Positions 24,303 through 32,746 of a DNA stretch of 64,000 nucleotides are shown piece after piece (position 1 is the first letter of the stretch; every line of letters begins with the position of its first letter). Under the pieces are notes generated by a model. The model was not told where the DNA came from. It did not search any database and was given only the letters and a program-made list of their open reading frames with translations. The position numbers and the translations under genes are program-made. This DNA comes from Bacilli bacterium (GTDB lineage: Bacteria > Bacillota_I > Bacilli_A > RFN20 > CAG-826): contig JAFSUM010000012.1 of the NCBI GenBank assembly GCA_017445245.1, positions 10,067 through 74,066 of the forward strand, in the 5' to 3' direction.

Positions 24303-25273
24303 GGCAAATCCGACTCCTTTTTCTCAAAAAGAACCTCGATTTGCCGGTTTTTCTCGTCTAGCCTTCCGATGGATTGAACGTAACGAAGAACCTGCCCGTT
24401 CCGCATTTCCTTTTTCAGATAAACAATCAACGAGAAATGATGATAGATATCGGCAAGCACGTCTTCGTAGCCCGCTTTTCCCGCGACACCTTGAGCCAAA
24501 CGAGCCATGCGGAAAGGAACAGCCGCGAGGTCTTTCGCGTGTAACGTGGTAATAAGGGGATGCCCCGACATGGCCGCGTGAAGGGCTTCGACCATTTCCC
24601 CTCCACGAGCTTCGGCAAGAATCAAATAATCCGGGTTGTTGCGAAGAGCGTTGCGGATCAAAACGGCAAACGTCGCCTCTTTGTTTTTGTCGTCTGCCTG
24701 CCAAAACGTCAAATCAATCATCCCTTCGCCACGGCAGAGCTCCAATTCCCCAAGGTTGTCGATAACGATGACGCGCGTCGCGTCCTTCAACCGGAGCAAA
24801 AGGTATTTCTGCAATTCTGTTTTGCCCGATCCCGTTTCGCCGGCAATGATAATCGATTCGTGATTTTCTAAACCTTTAAGCAAGATTTCCAAAGTGCCCG
24901 GCGGAAAGAAGTCGCGGCTTGTGGATACCGCCGACCCTTCGCTGCCGATACGCAAGGCGAACGAATAGGCCTTCGCTTCATAGACCCGGCAAATCGAAAA
25001 GAATGTCGCGTTTAACCGATATCGCCCAAAATGGATATCGAGGTTTGGACTCATGTAAGAGAACTGTTTCTCGGCGAAGTTCGCGATTTGACGTAGGAAT
25101 TCCCCCACCGTTTGGTTATCGACGCGAATCGAAGATTGCCTACGGCCGCGGAAACGGTCTTCGTAAAAGATCGATTCCCCGTTAAACGATACGTCCGTGA
25201 CGTCTTTCCGTTTCAATAGGGGCTCCAAAAAAGAGTTTTCTACATATTCGACGATGCGCGTGGAGTCGTTCAT
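24299..25273 (-). CDS. Type II/IV secretion ATPase, CpaF/TadA-VirB11 family
   Basis: 324 aa. Walker A IIAGETGSGKT, Asp/Walker B box PDYLILAEARGGE and His box SGHPLITTLHA. Confidence 0.85.
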   Translation of the reverse strand: MNDSTRIVEYVENSFLEPLLKRKDVTDVSFNGESIFYEDRFRGRRQSSIRVDNQTVGEFLRQIANFAEKQFSYMSPNLDIHFGRYRLNATFFSICRVYEAKAYSFALRIGSEGSAVSTSRDFFPPGTLEILLKGLENHESIIIAGETGSGKTELQKYLLLRLKDATRVIVIDNLGELELCRGEGMIDLTFWQADDKNKEATFAVLIRNALRNNPDYLILAEARGGEMVEALHAAMSGHPLITTLHAKDLAAVPFRMARLAQGVAGKAGYEDVLADIYHHFSLIVYLKKEMRNGQVLRYVQSIGRLDEKNRQIEVLFEKKESDLP

Positions 25274-25653
25274 AAATCTCCCCTTTCGATACTAAATATG
25301 GCTACTTTCCGTTTCCGATCGATGTCATTGATCTTCGCGGTAAAAGCGACGACGACCCGGTCGCCATAATCCGTGGAATCCGTCCCGCTCACGGTGACCG
25401 TATGCGTATAGGAACGGCAATATGGCGTCAGGTTTACCTTTAGGTAATCGTTAACGAGAAAACGAATCTTTGGGACGTAAAATTTCGGTTTGGGCAGGTA
25501 ATCCCCGTTTTCGTCCACCACCGCCACCGTCTCGTCAAAGAGACCTTTGTACAAACCGAGATAAACCTGATCGATGCCATGGATGCAATAGACCTTGTTG
25601 AACCCAGTAAGGACGAGAACCAGCGTGACCGCGGATAAAAGAAGGTAGGCCAT
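25270..25653 (-). CDS. Hypothetical N-terminally anchored protein (filament operon)
   Basis: 127 aa. N-terminal helix MAYLLLSAVTLVLVLTGF. ATGA-type overlap with the ATPase gene. Confidence 0.5.
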   Translation of the reverse strand: MAYLLLSAVTLVLVLTGFNKVYCIHGIDQVYLGLYKGLFDETVAVVDENGDYLPKPKFYVPKIRFLVNDYLKVNLTPYCRSYTHTVTVSGTDSTDYGDRVVVAFTAKINDIDRKRKVAIFSIERGDL

Positions 25654-26685
25654 TTACCGTCCTCCCCCGACAACGCAGTATTCCGAAGCCAAACAATTCC
25701 CGAAAAACGATTTCGACGACATCACGAAATTGTCCATGATGATCTGGTCGGAAAAGGCGCCGGCATTCTCCAAAGCGATTTGGAAATGATACATCACGTC
25801 GTCATGGCCTTCCCGTAACGGGAGGAAGAGCGCATTTGCCTGAAACGTCGGCTCATCGGGAGGAACCTTGTCCCGATATGCTTTTAGGTCAATTCGGGAA
25901 TAGTAATAGGCTTCCGCCAGAGAGAACGAGTATTCGTAATCCCCTCCTCCCCGGTCCGCAATGGAAGCAATCAAGGGAATCGTCGCGTATGCGCCAACCT
26001 TCTTTGCTATCCCTTCGAAATCGCTAATATGATCGAGCAAGCGTAGCTCCGCCTTGCAGTTTTTCTTCGGCTTGGCCCCAAACCCAAAATAGGACAGATG
26101 AATCTGCGTTATCGGAACCATACGATTCGCCAAGTTCGAGCCATGAAGAAGGCCTTTGACGGAATAGGAATCATGATCGATGCCTAATTCGCTAGGCTTT
26201 TCCTCGTCGGCGTGATAAATCGCGTTTTGCGTCTCGAACAGTCCATCCTTGTCCACACGGAAGACCTTCTGTCCTTTTTGGATAGAGAAGGATTCGTTGC
26301 AACTAAAGCGTTTGTTCGACCAATCGATACCGCGGTAATACTTGGCTTGGCAAAGACCTAGCTCAATCGAAATGGGAACGCCGGCCTTGAAGTATTCCCC
26401 AGGAACCTTCGCCTCAAAAGTCGCAAAACCATCATCATCTACCGTCAAATTCTTCAGTTGTTTCTGCGCAAACCCTTCGGATAAAGATGGAAAGCCATAG
26501 CCGTATATGTCGAAGTACGCCCAATAATCCGCACTGTACTTCCGTTTATAAAACGAAAAGCGCACTTCAAGATCCTCGCCTTCTAGCATGGGGCCGATAA
26601 TGATGATGCGGTCCTTTTCCACACTATGGGCCGAGAGGCATAAGCACGCTAAAGGCGCTAGTAGAAGAGCCGCCTTACGTTTCAT
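25654..26685 (-). CDS. Hypothetical secreted protein (filament operon)
   Basis: The ATG at 26685 (ATGA overlap with the upstream stop) gives MKRKAALLLAPLACLCLSAHS, a signal peptide. I recognise no family. Confidence 0.5.
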   Translation of the reverse strand: MKRKAALLLAPLACLCLSAHSVEKDRIIIIGPMLEGEDLEVRFSFYKRKYSADYWAYFDIYGYGFPSLSEGFAQKQLKNLTVDDDGFATFEAKVPGEYFKAGVPISIELGLCQAKYYRGIDWSNKRFSCNESFSIQKGQKVFRVDKDGLFETQNAIYHADEEKPSELGIDHDSYSVKGLLHGSNLANRMVPITQIHLSYFGFGAKPKKNCKAELRLLDHISDFEGIAKKVGAYATIPLIASIADRGGGDYEYSFSLAEAYYYSRIDLKAYRDKVPPDEPTFQANALFLPLREGHDDVMYHFQIALENAGAFSDQIIMDNFVMSSKSFFGNCLASEYCVVGGGR

Positions 26686-27041
26686 CGTTCCAGACATGTC
26701 GGTACCTCCGAAACGATTGTCTGAAGCCTTTTTTCGTATTGACGCCGGGTATAGACGTCAAGATACCAGAAAGGATAATGCCGCCCCACTTCCAGTATTT
26801 CCATCACGAAGAAGCGCTGGTCCTCTTCCTTTAGATTCAAAAAGTAATGCCGCAAGTTCGTCAAAAAGCGCTTTGCCTTGCTATCTTTTAGGTTGTCCAA
26901 AAACTCGGGAGAGATATCAAAAATATGGTAATCGGGGGACTTGCCGACGCTAAGCAAGGCCTGGCGATACTTGACTCGGATCTTCTTCATCCGCTCCGCG
27001 TTTGGTAATTTCACTGGGGTTGTGGTTTCGTGCTGACTCAT
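26682..27041 (-). CDS. Hypothetical small cytoplasmic protein, first gene of filament operon (possible regulator)
   Basis: 119 aa. GGAG lies upstream of the ATG. A basic or aromatic C-terminal segment (FWYLDVYTRRQYEKRL) may be DNA-binding, but this is speculative. Confidence 0.4.
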   Translation of the reverse strand: MSQHETTTPVKLPNAERMKKIRVKYRQALLSVGKSPDYHIFDISPEFLDNLKDSKAKRFLTNLRHYFLNLKEEDQRFFVMEILEVGRHYPFWYLDVYTRRQYEKRLQTIVSEVPTCLER

Positions 27042-27152
27042 AAATGCTCCTTCACCCCTTCTATAGTTCGTTTTTCGACAACTCGAAGAAAAAAGATGAC
27101 GAATTTGGTTTTACGGTGGATAAATAATCCGAAATAAGTAAGAATTATCGGG

Positions 27153-27686
27153 ATGATTATCCTTGTTGGCGCTTCTGCCTCCGGAAAGACCGAAATCGCG
27201 AAAAAACTCTTTTCCAACCACGGGATGAAGAAAGCCGTTACCCATACGACGCGCCTCATCCGCCCTAGCGAGACCCCCGATGTCGATTATCACTTTGTCG
27301 ATGAGGCCCAGTTTCTCGTCATGAAAGAAAAAGATCTCTTCGTAGAGACCACGCTTTATAACGGAAACCACTACGGCTGTTCCAAGGCCGAGGTGGGTGA
27401 TGAAAAGTGCATCATTCTCGATCCTAACGGGGTCGCGGCCTTTCTCGCTCTAAACGACCCTCATATCATTACGTTCTATTTGCGCGCAAGCGAAGAAACT
27501 AGGCGAAAGAGAATGAACATACGCGGGGATGAACCGGAGGCTATCGAAAAGCGTATTCGTAACGACCGCAGCGCCTTCGCAGACGACAAAATCCCTCACG
27601 TCGACTTCGTCATCGATTGCGATACGCGCAGCATCGAAGACCTCGCCGAAGAGATCTACAAATCCTATCGGGCCAAAATCGCCTAA
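27153..27686 (+). CDS. gmk: Guanylate kinase
   Basis: 177 aa. P-loop GASASGKT, then TTR..R..E..G.DYHFV. Confidence 0.85.
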   Translation: MIILVGASASGKTEIAKKLFSNHGMKKAVTHTTRLIRPSETPDVDYHFVDEAQFLVMKEKDLFVETTLYNGNHYGCSKAEVGDEKCIILDPNGVAAFLALNDPHIITFYLRASEETRRKRMNIRGDEPEAIEKRIRNDRSAFADDKIPHVDFVIDCDTRSIEDLAEEIYKSYRAKIA

Positions 27687-27698
27687 CCGAGGCAAAGC

Positions 27699-27728
27699 AA
27701 AAGGCGACCCGTGAAGGTCGCCTTTTTC
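27699..27728. terminator. Bidirectional terminator between convergent gmk and the 737-aa gene
   Basis: AAAAGGCGACC-CGTGAA-GGTCGCCTTTTT is a perfect hairpin with A and T runs on both sides. Confidence 0.65.
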
Positions 27729-27737
27729 GATTGTGGA

Positions 27738-29951
27738 TTAATCCTCGTCGGAATCCGAGCCAGCAGGCTTGTAATCCTTGAGTTCGGCCGCCCAATCGTG
27801 CGGTTCGATCTTGCCCTGTTCGAGGCCGTTCTTTTCCATGACGTCGGCGATGAGCTGTTTCGCGCGGCGGAGGGAGAGGTCGGACTTGACCTTGAAGACG
27901 AGCGGGATGTCGCGATAGACGCCCTTGTGACCAGCATCCTGAACCGGGAGGGTACTATTTTCATAGTCCTTCGGATCGAGGGCATAGTAGAGCTTGAGGC
28001 CCTTGCCGGCGATGGTGATCTTAACGAAGGTCACCTTGTGGAGGCGGAAGATATCGCCCGAATTGGAGACGCGGGATTTGGCTCCATAGGAGAGAATCTC
28101 AGCCTTCAGTTCGTTGTAGTTGTCCTTCAATTCCTTTTCGGCGTCCATCATGCGGACGGGGAAGGGAATGCGGATGATCTTGTCATGGGGCGGGAGATCG
28201 GGATTGATCTCACCGACGGCACGAACGACAACTTCGGGCTCGGGGGCGGGAGCGGGCTCAGGAACGGGTTCCGGTTCGGGTTCGGGTTCCGGCTCGGGCT
28301 CGGGGACGGGTTCGGGTGCGGGAGCGGGTTTGGGTTCAGCCGGCTTCACGATGATATTGACGGTCGGGAGAACGGATTCTTCCTTGGGTTCCGGTTTGGG
28401 TTCGGGGCGGACGATATCGGACTCCTTCACGACAACGGTGACAGGGGGAACCTTTTCTTCCTTGACGGGAGCGACTTCACGGAGTTCTTCGCGGATGATG
28501 TCGCGAAGGGCATCGATGGAGAGGTCATCCTTCTTGGGTTCGGGTTCCTCTTTCTTGGCGAGTTCGGCGGCGATGATGGCACGGATGTCTTCGGCGGTCA
28601 GGGGCTTGGGTTGTTCTTCAACTTCCTTCTTGGCAGCTTCAGCAGCTTCCTTACGGGCTTTCTCGAGTTCTTCCTGACGGGCCTTTTCCGCGGCTTCTTC
28701 CGCTTCTTTGGCCTTGGCGGCTTCTTCGAGTTTGGCGGCGTGGGCAGCGAGTTCTTCGCGGACGACGTCACGAACGTCGGCAGGCTTTTCTTCTTCCTTG
28801 GCCGGAACGTTCTTCGAGAGTTCGGCGGCGATGATGGCGCGGATATCATCGGCGGAGAGAGCCGGGGCGGCATCTTCTTCGACGAGGATTTCGCTTTCGT
28901 CGGCGGCACCGTCGTCGGGGTTATCCTCGGTCAGGTAACGGCCGAGTTCTTCCGAGAAGATGGAACGAACGTCTTCGGCGGTTAGACCCTTTTCTTCTTT
29001 CGGGGTCGCGGGAACGTTGACGATGACGGGCTGATCTTTGCCAGCACCGAATTCTTCTTTGATGATCTTGCGGATGTCGTCGGCGCTTAGCGGCTTCTCG
29101 CCAGTGACGGCAGCCTGGATTTCAGAAACGGGGACGGCATTAGGTTTGCGTTCCGGTTCACGAGCGGGTTCAGTGACCGCGGGCTGAGCCGGGGCATAGG
29201 TGTTGATGTATTGGATGAGCAAGGGTCCTTGGATGCCAGGAGCTTGGGGCATCGGGGGGAGCGGAGCGGCGTTATGACGCTCGTTGAAGCCACCTTCCTT
29301 GAGAGCGGCTTCCGCTTCTTCGGCGGCTTCGCTGGAGTCGAGGTCTTCGTCATGGACGACGACGATTTCGTCATCGGCAGCGGCTTTCTGCTTGGGCGAT
29401 TCTTTCTCGGCAGCGAGATGGAAATCAACAAGGAGACCGATGAAGAGAAGAAGGAAGCCAATAACGATGAGGGCCGGCCCAACGATGAAGAGAAGGGCGA
29501 TCCACTGATTGGCGGAAAGGGCGAGGGCAATCGGGTTGTAGAAACCGAAGTAGTAACCAACGACAGGCCCGTAAACACCGCCGATGACCCCTTCGGTGAG
29601 GCCAGGGACGAAGAAGATGGTCATTCCGAAGTACAACGCGGCGATGCCGATGAGGCCGAAGATCGTCACGAAGATACCGGCGTGATGGCGCTTGACGGAA
29701 TAATAGATGATGTGGGCGATGTAGACGAGCAGCATGACTCCGCACACACCAAGCGTGATGTACTCCATCAAATCCCAGGGCTGACGGAATTGGGCGGCCA
29801 AGACCGTACCGAGGTTGTTGAAGATTTGGGCGCTGGTATAGAGGTGCTGTCCCTGAACGGGGACGAAATCACCAAGCCATATCAGGCCCGCTAAGCCGAC
29901 AAGCATCAAAACGAGGCCGACGACCGAAGTGATAATCACTTTCTTTTTCAT
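27738..29951 (-). CDS. Large membrane protein: about 5 TM helices, six-fold amphipathic repeat, (PE)n linker, C-terminal globular domain
   Basis: The ATG at 29951 is preceded by GGAGG and gives MKKKVIITSVV (the track ORF starts at 30011). The repeat is L(S/T)A(D/E)DIRxII..EL. I recognise no family. Confidence 0.7.
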   Translation of the reverse strand: MKKKVIITSVVGLVLMLVGLAGLIWLGDFVPVQGQHLYTSAQIFNNLGTVLAAQFRQPWDLMEYITLGVCGVMLLVYIAHIIYYSVKRHHAGIFVTIFGLIGIAALYFGMTIFFVPGLTEGVIGGVYGPVVGYYFGFYNPIALALSANQWIALLFIVGPALIVIGFLLLFIGLLVDFHLAAEKESPKQKAAADDEIVVVHDEDLDSSEAAEEAEAALKEGGFNERHNAAPLPPMPQAPGIQGPLLIQYINTYAPAQPAVTEPAREPERKPNAVPVSEIQAAVTGEKPLSADDIRKIIKEEFGAGKDQPVIVNVPATPKEEKGLTAEDVRSIFSEELGRYLTEDNPDDGAADESEILVEEDAAPALSADDIRAIIAAELSKNVPAKEEEKPADVRDVVREELAAHAAKLEEAAKAKEAEEAAEKARQEELEKARKEAAEAAKKEVEEQPKPLTAEDIRAIIAAELAKKEEPEPKKDDLSIDALRDIIREELREVAPVKEEKVPPVTVVVKESDIVRPEPKPEPKEESVLPTVNIIVKPAEPKPAPAPEPVPEPEPEPEPEPEPVPEPAPAPEPEVVVRAVGEINPDLPPHDKIIRIPFPVRMMDAEKELKDNYNELKAEILSYGAKSRVSNSGDIFRLHKVTFVKITIAGKGLKLYYALDPKDYENSTLPVQDAGHKGVYRDIPLVFKVKSDLSLRRAKQLIADVMEKNGLEQGKIEPHDWAAELKDYKPAGSDSDED
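28232..28337. repeat. Imperfect hexanucleotide-type repeat (GGTTCG/GGCTCG)n encoding the PEPEPE/PAPAPE tract
   Basis: The run cgggctcgggggcgggagcgggctcaggaacgggttccggttcgggttcgggttccggctcgggctcgg... lies in frame within CDS 27738..29951. Confidence 0.8.
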
Positions 29952-30035
29952 TTTGCTTTCCTCCGCAAAAACTAGTTGCCTTATATTACCGCCCTCGTGA
30001 CACGTACGCAATACGGAAAAAACGAGGGCGAAGGC

Positions 30036-30920
30036 TTATTGTTTGGGTTCTGCATATTTTTTCGCGCAAAAAATGCGCATATTCGACTCAACTGCATCAA
30101 TATGGATCGACCCTTCCATCGCGGCCTCCCCGTCCAAATCCCATGGTAAGGGGTAGTCGATCTGGATGTCGAAAGACGCGGCCCGCAGTTTAATCGTGCG
30201 CGTTTTAAAAAATAAATAATGAAGAAGGCCGTTGAAGAGACCGGGTTTGGTCAAATAAAGCTCGAAAACGCCATCATGTATCCGAGAGGAGGACGTATTG
30301 ACGCGGAATCCCCCGACGTTTTTCCCGTTCAAACAAAGCAAAAACGGCACTTTGAGATCATAAACGTGTCCGTCCGCTTCGATGTGCACGGGTATCGCCT
30401 TTAGACGGAAGGCATCCCCTATCGCCTTGAAATAATAGGCGATTCTTCCAAGGCGTTTTTTATGGATACGTTTCGTGACATAAGGGATATCTGCATAAGC
30501 CCCGATCGCGGCGACATAAGCGAAGTACGTATCACCTATTTTTCCCAAATCGAAGCCACACGTGTATCCTTCTTTGATAATTCGAAGCGATCTTTTCAAA
30601 TTACGGTTTATGCCGAAATTCGGGCCAATATCGCCAATTGTTCCTCCGTTAAGATAACCGAGGGTCGGAATGTTCGTATGTCCCGCCAAAGCGTTGATGA
30701 TGTGATGGAACGTTCCATCTCCGCCCGAAAAGATGAGGGCGTCATAAACCCCGCAAGCTTTTTGGGCCATTTCCATCCCCTCCTCCATCGAGACGGTCTT
30801 ATGGACGTCGAGGGTCGAAAAGACATCGCGCAAGCTTGCAAGAACATAATCAAGTTTCTTGTTGACCTGTCCTCGGCCCGTCGCGTCGCTATAGAGGAAG
30901 AGGGCTTTCTTCTCGGCCAT
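30036..30920 (-). CDS. Diacylglycerol/lipid kinase family protein (YegS/DagK-like)
   Basis: 294 aa. The LIFSGGDGTFHHIINAL motif is present. Confidence 0.8.
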   Translation of the reverse strand: MAEKKALFLYSDATGRGQVNKKLDYVLASLRDVFSTLDVHKTVSMEEGMEMAQKACGVYDALIFSGGDGTFHHIINALAGHTNIPTLGYLNGGTIGDIGPNFGINRNLKRSLRIIKEGYTCGFDLGKIGDTYFAYVAAIGAYADIPYVTKRIHKKRLGRIAYYFKAIGDAFRLKAIPVHIEADGHVYDLKVPFLLCLNGKNVGGFRVNTSSSRIHDGVFELYLTKPGLFNGLLHYLFFKTRTIKLRAASFDIQIDYPLPWDLDGEAAMEGSIHIDAVESNMRIFCAKKYAEPKQ

Positions 30921-30922
30921 GG

Positions 30923-31423
30923 TTACGCGCGTTCGGGTTCGACCGCGGTTTCGCCGACGAGTTCAGCTTTTTCGATGACGACATTCGTCAAGGGACGATC
31001 GTTACGGTTCTTGTTCACCTTGGCGATTTTGTCGACCACTTCCATGCCGGCGATAACTTTACCGAAGGCGGCGTAATTGCCATCGAGGAATTCGTCGTCA
31101 GCATCGCAGATGAAGAACTGACTGCCCGCCGAGTTCGGATCCCCTGCCCTGGCCATCGAGATAACACCGCGCTTATGGGAGAGAGGGTTCGCGAATCCGT
31201 TCGCGCGGAATTCGCCGCGGATCGAATAGCCCGGGCCGCCCATACCGGTTCCGGTGGGATCGCCGCCCTGAATCATGAATCCGCGGATAACGCGGTGGAA
31301 GATAAGGCCATTATAAAAGCCTTTCGAAACGAGATAGGCGAAGTTCCGCGCCGAATTGGGGGCCGCTTCATAATCCAATTCGATTTGGATGTCCCCGTAG
31401 TCTTTGATATGAAGAATAACCAT
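30923..31423 (-). CDS. ppiB: Peptidyl-prolyl cis-trans isomerase, cyclophilin type
   Basis: 166 aa. FHRVIRGFMIQGGDP and SMARAGDPNSAGSQFFI. Confidence 0.9.
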   Translation of the reverse strand: MVILHIKDYGDIQIELDYEAAPNSARNFAYLVSKGFYNGLIFHRVIRGFMIQGGDPTGTGMGGPGYSIRGEFRANGFANPLSHKRGVISMARAGDPNSAGSQFFICDADDEFLDGNYAAFGKVIAGMEVVDKIAKVNKNRNDRPLTNVVIEKAELVGETAVEPERA

Positions 31424-31452
31424 ACATATGTCCTTTCTTTTTCCGTAATAGT

Positions 31453-32457
31453 TTAGCGAAGATAATCGATGATGAGGTTGCCTTTTTCAAGTTTCGCACT
31501 CCCTTCAACACCATTTAGGAAAGGCATGGAGGGCGCAAGGTGGCCGAGGTCAACGTCAAACAAGATCGGTTTTCCTAACGAACCGAGGATGTCGATTGCC
31601 GCATTGAACCGATCCGCCCCGAGGAATTCTTCGCGCGCAGAAAGCATACGGCCGAGGAGAAAACCCTTCGCGTTATCAAACCACCCCGCTTCGCGAAGTT
31701 CGAAGAAAGCGCGCCGTAACGACAACGCGTTCAGGTCGCACGCCTCCAAGTACCAGATGATTCCTTCTGGGTGCTTGGCAGTAAATTCTCTGACGTTATC
31801 GTATTTCGTTCCACATAGATTAATTAAACAATCCAGGCATCCGCCCAAGAATAACCCATGCATGGGTCCCTTGTATTGGTAAGGCGTAATGATTTTGGGC
31901 TGGCTAAGTCGATACCCCCACAATGGATGGTTTTCATCACGCTTAGAGATCGACCATTTGGGATAACCTTCGAAATGGTTCTCCCCGCATAGCATTCGAT
32001 AAGCATCCTCTTCGGAAAGACGCCACTTCTTTTGGAAGAAGCTCGGGGCACAAGGGCCATAAATGGTCACGAGGTCGCAAAGAGTGGTTAAAGGGAACGT
32101 CAGATTGGTATTATCCGAGAAGCCCATAAACCATTTGGGAGGCAGTTTCTTCAATTTTTCAAAATCGAGATAGGGAAGCATTTCGCACATCGTCTCCCCG
32201 CCACCGACCGAAAGAATCAACTTGGCATCCGAAGCATAGGCCCCCATGAATTCTTCCGCCCGTTCTTTTCCAGGCGCGGAGCATGCGACCCCATCCGCGC
32301 GCCTTACGTTTTTCCCTTCGACGACGGGGTGACCGCGTTTACGCCACATCGCCGCGCTGACGTCAAGACGAGTCAGGTATGGTTCAGTCGTGCAACCGAA
32401 AGAAGGGGCGACCAAGGCTATGACATCGCCTGGAAGAAGATTCGCTGGGATTCTCAT
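31453..32457 (-). CDS. LD-carboxypeptidase (peptidase S66)
   Basis: 334 aa. GDVIALVAPSFG, nucleophile motif GFSDNT, and C-terminal DLGHL. Confidence 0.75.
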   Translation of the reverse strand: MRIPANLLPGDVIALVAPSFGCTTEPYLTRLDVSAAMWRKRGHPVVEGKNVRRADGVACSAPGKERAEEFMGAYASDAKLILSVGGGETMCEMLPYLDFEKLKKLPPKWFMGFSDNTNLTFPLTTLCDLVTIYGPCAPSFFQKKWRLSEEDAYRMLCGENHFEGYPKWSISKRDENHPLWGYRLSQPKIITPYQYKGPMHGLFLGGCLDCLINLCGTKYDNVREFTAKHPEGIIWYLEACDLNALSLRRAFFELREAGWFDNAKGFLLGRMLSAREEFLGADRFNAAIDILGSLGKPILFDVDLGHLAPSMPFLNGVEGSAKLEKGNLIIDYLR

Positions 32458-32532
32458 GCGAGAACGTTAGCACGAACCAAACGCTTTTCCTAGATGAGAA
32501 AACCCGCCACGTGGGCGGGTCCAGTCACCATT

Positions 32533-32607
32533 TGGTGACCCCAACTGGAGTCGAACCAGTCATTGAACCTTGAGAGGGTTCCGTCTTAACCGATTGACCA
32601 TGGGGCC
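32533..32607 (-). tRNA. trnE: tRNA-Glu (anticodon CUC)
   Basis: Reverse complement is GGCCCCATGGTCAATCGGTTAAGACGGAACCCTCTCAAGGTTC..GGTTCGACTCCAGTTGGGGTCACCA. Confidence 0.85.
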
Positions 32608-32746
32608 GTTTCGGCAAGGGTAATTAAATCACGCACGCCCGAAGTGCGCAACCAGATTTTTGCGAGGCTCATTTTCTAAGGCCAAGATAGGGAAATCGAA
32701 TCAATCTTCACGCCCTCCCGCGCATAGCGTACAATAGACGCGAATC

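Noticed and set aside
27038-27371. Track ORFs 27038..27259 (-) and 27111..27371 (-)
   Set aside because: They overlap the divergent promoter region and the 5' part of gmk on the opposite strand. Neither has a motif or SD.
27711-28985. 424-aa plus-strand ORF rich in Gly/Phe/Asp/Leu
   Set aside because: It is entirely antisense to the well-supported 737-aa minus-strand gene. Its composition mirrors the Glu/Pro/Ala/Lys-rich repeats, and it has no SD or motifs.
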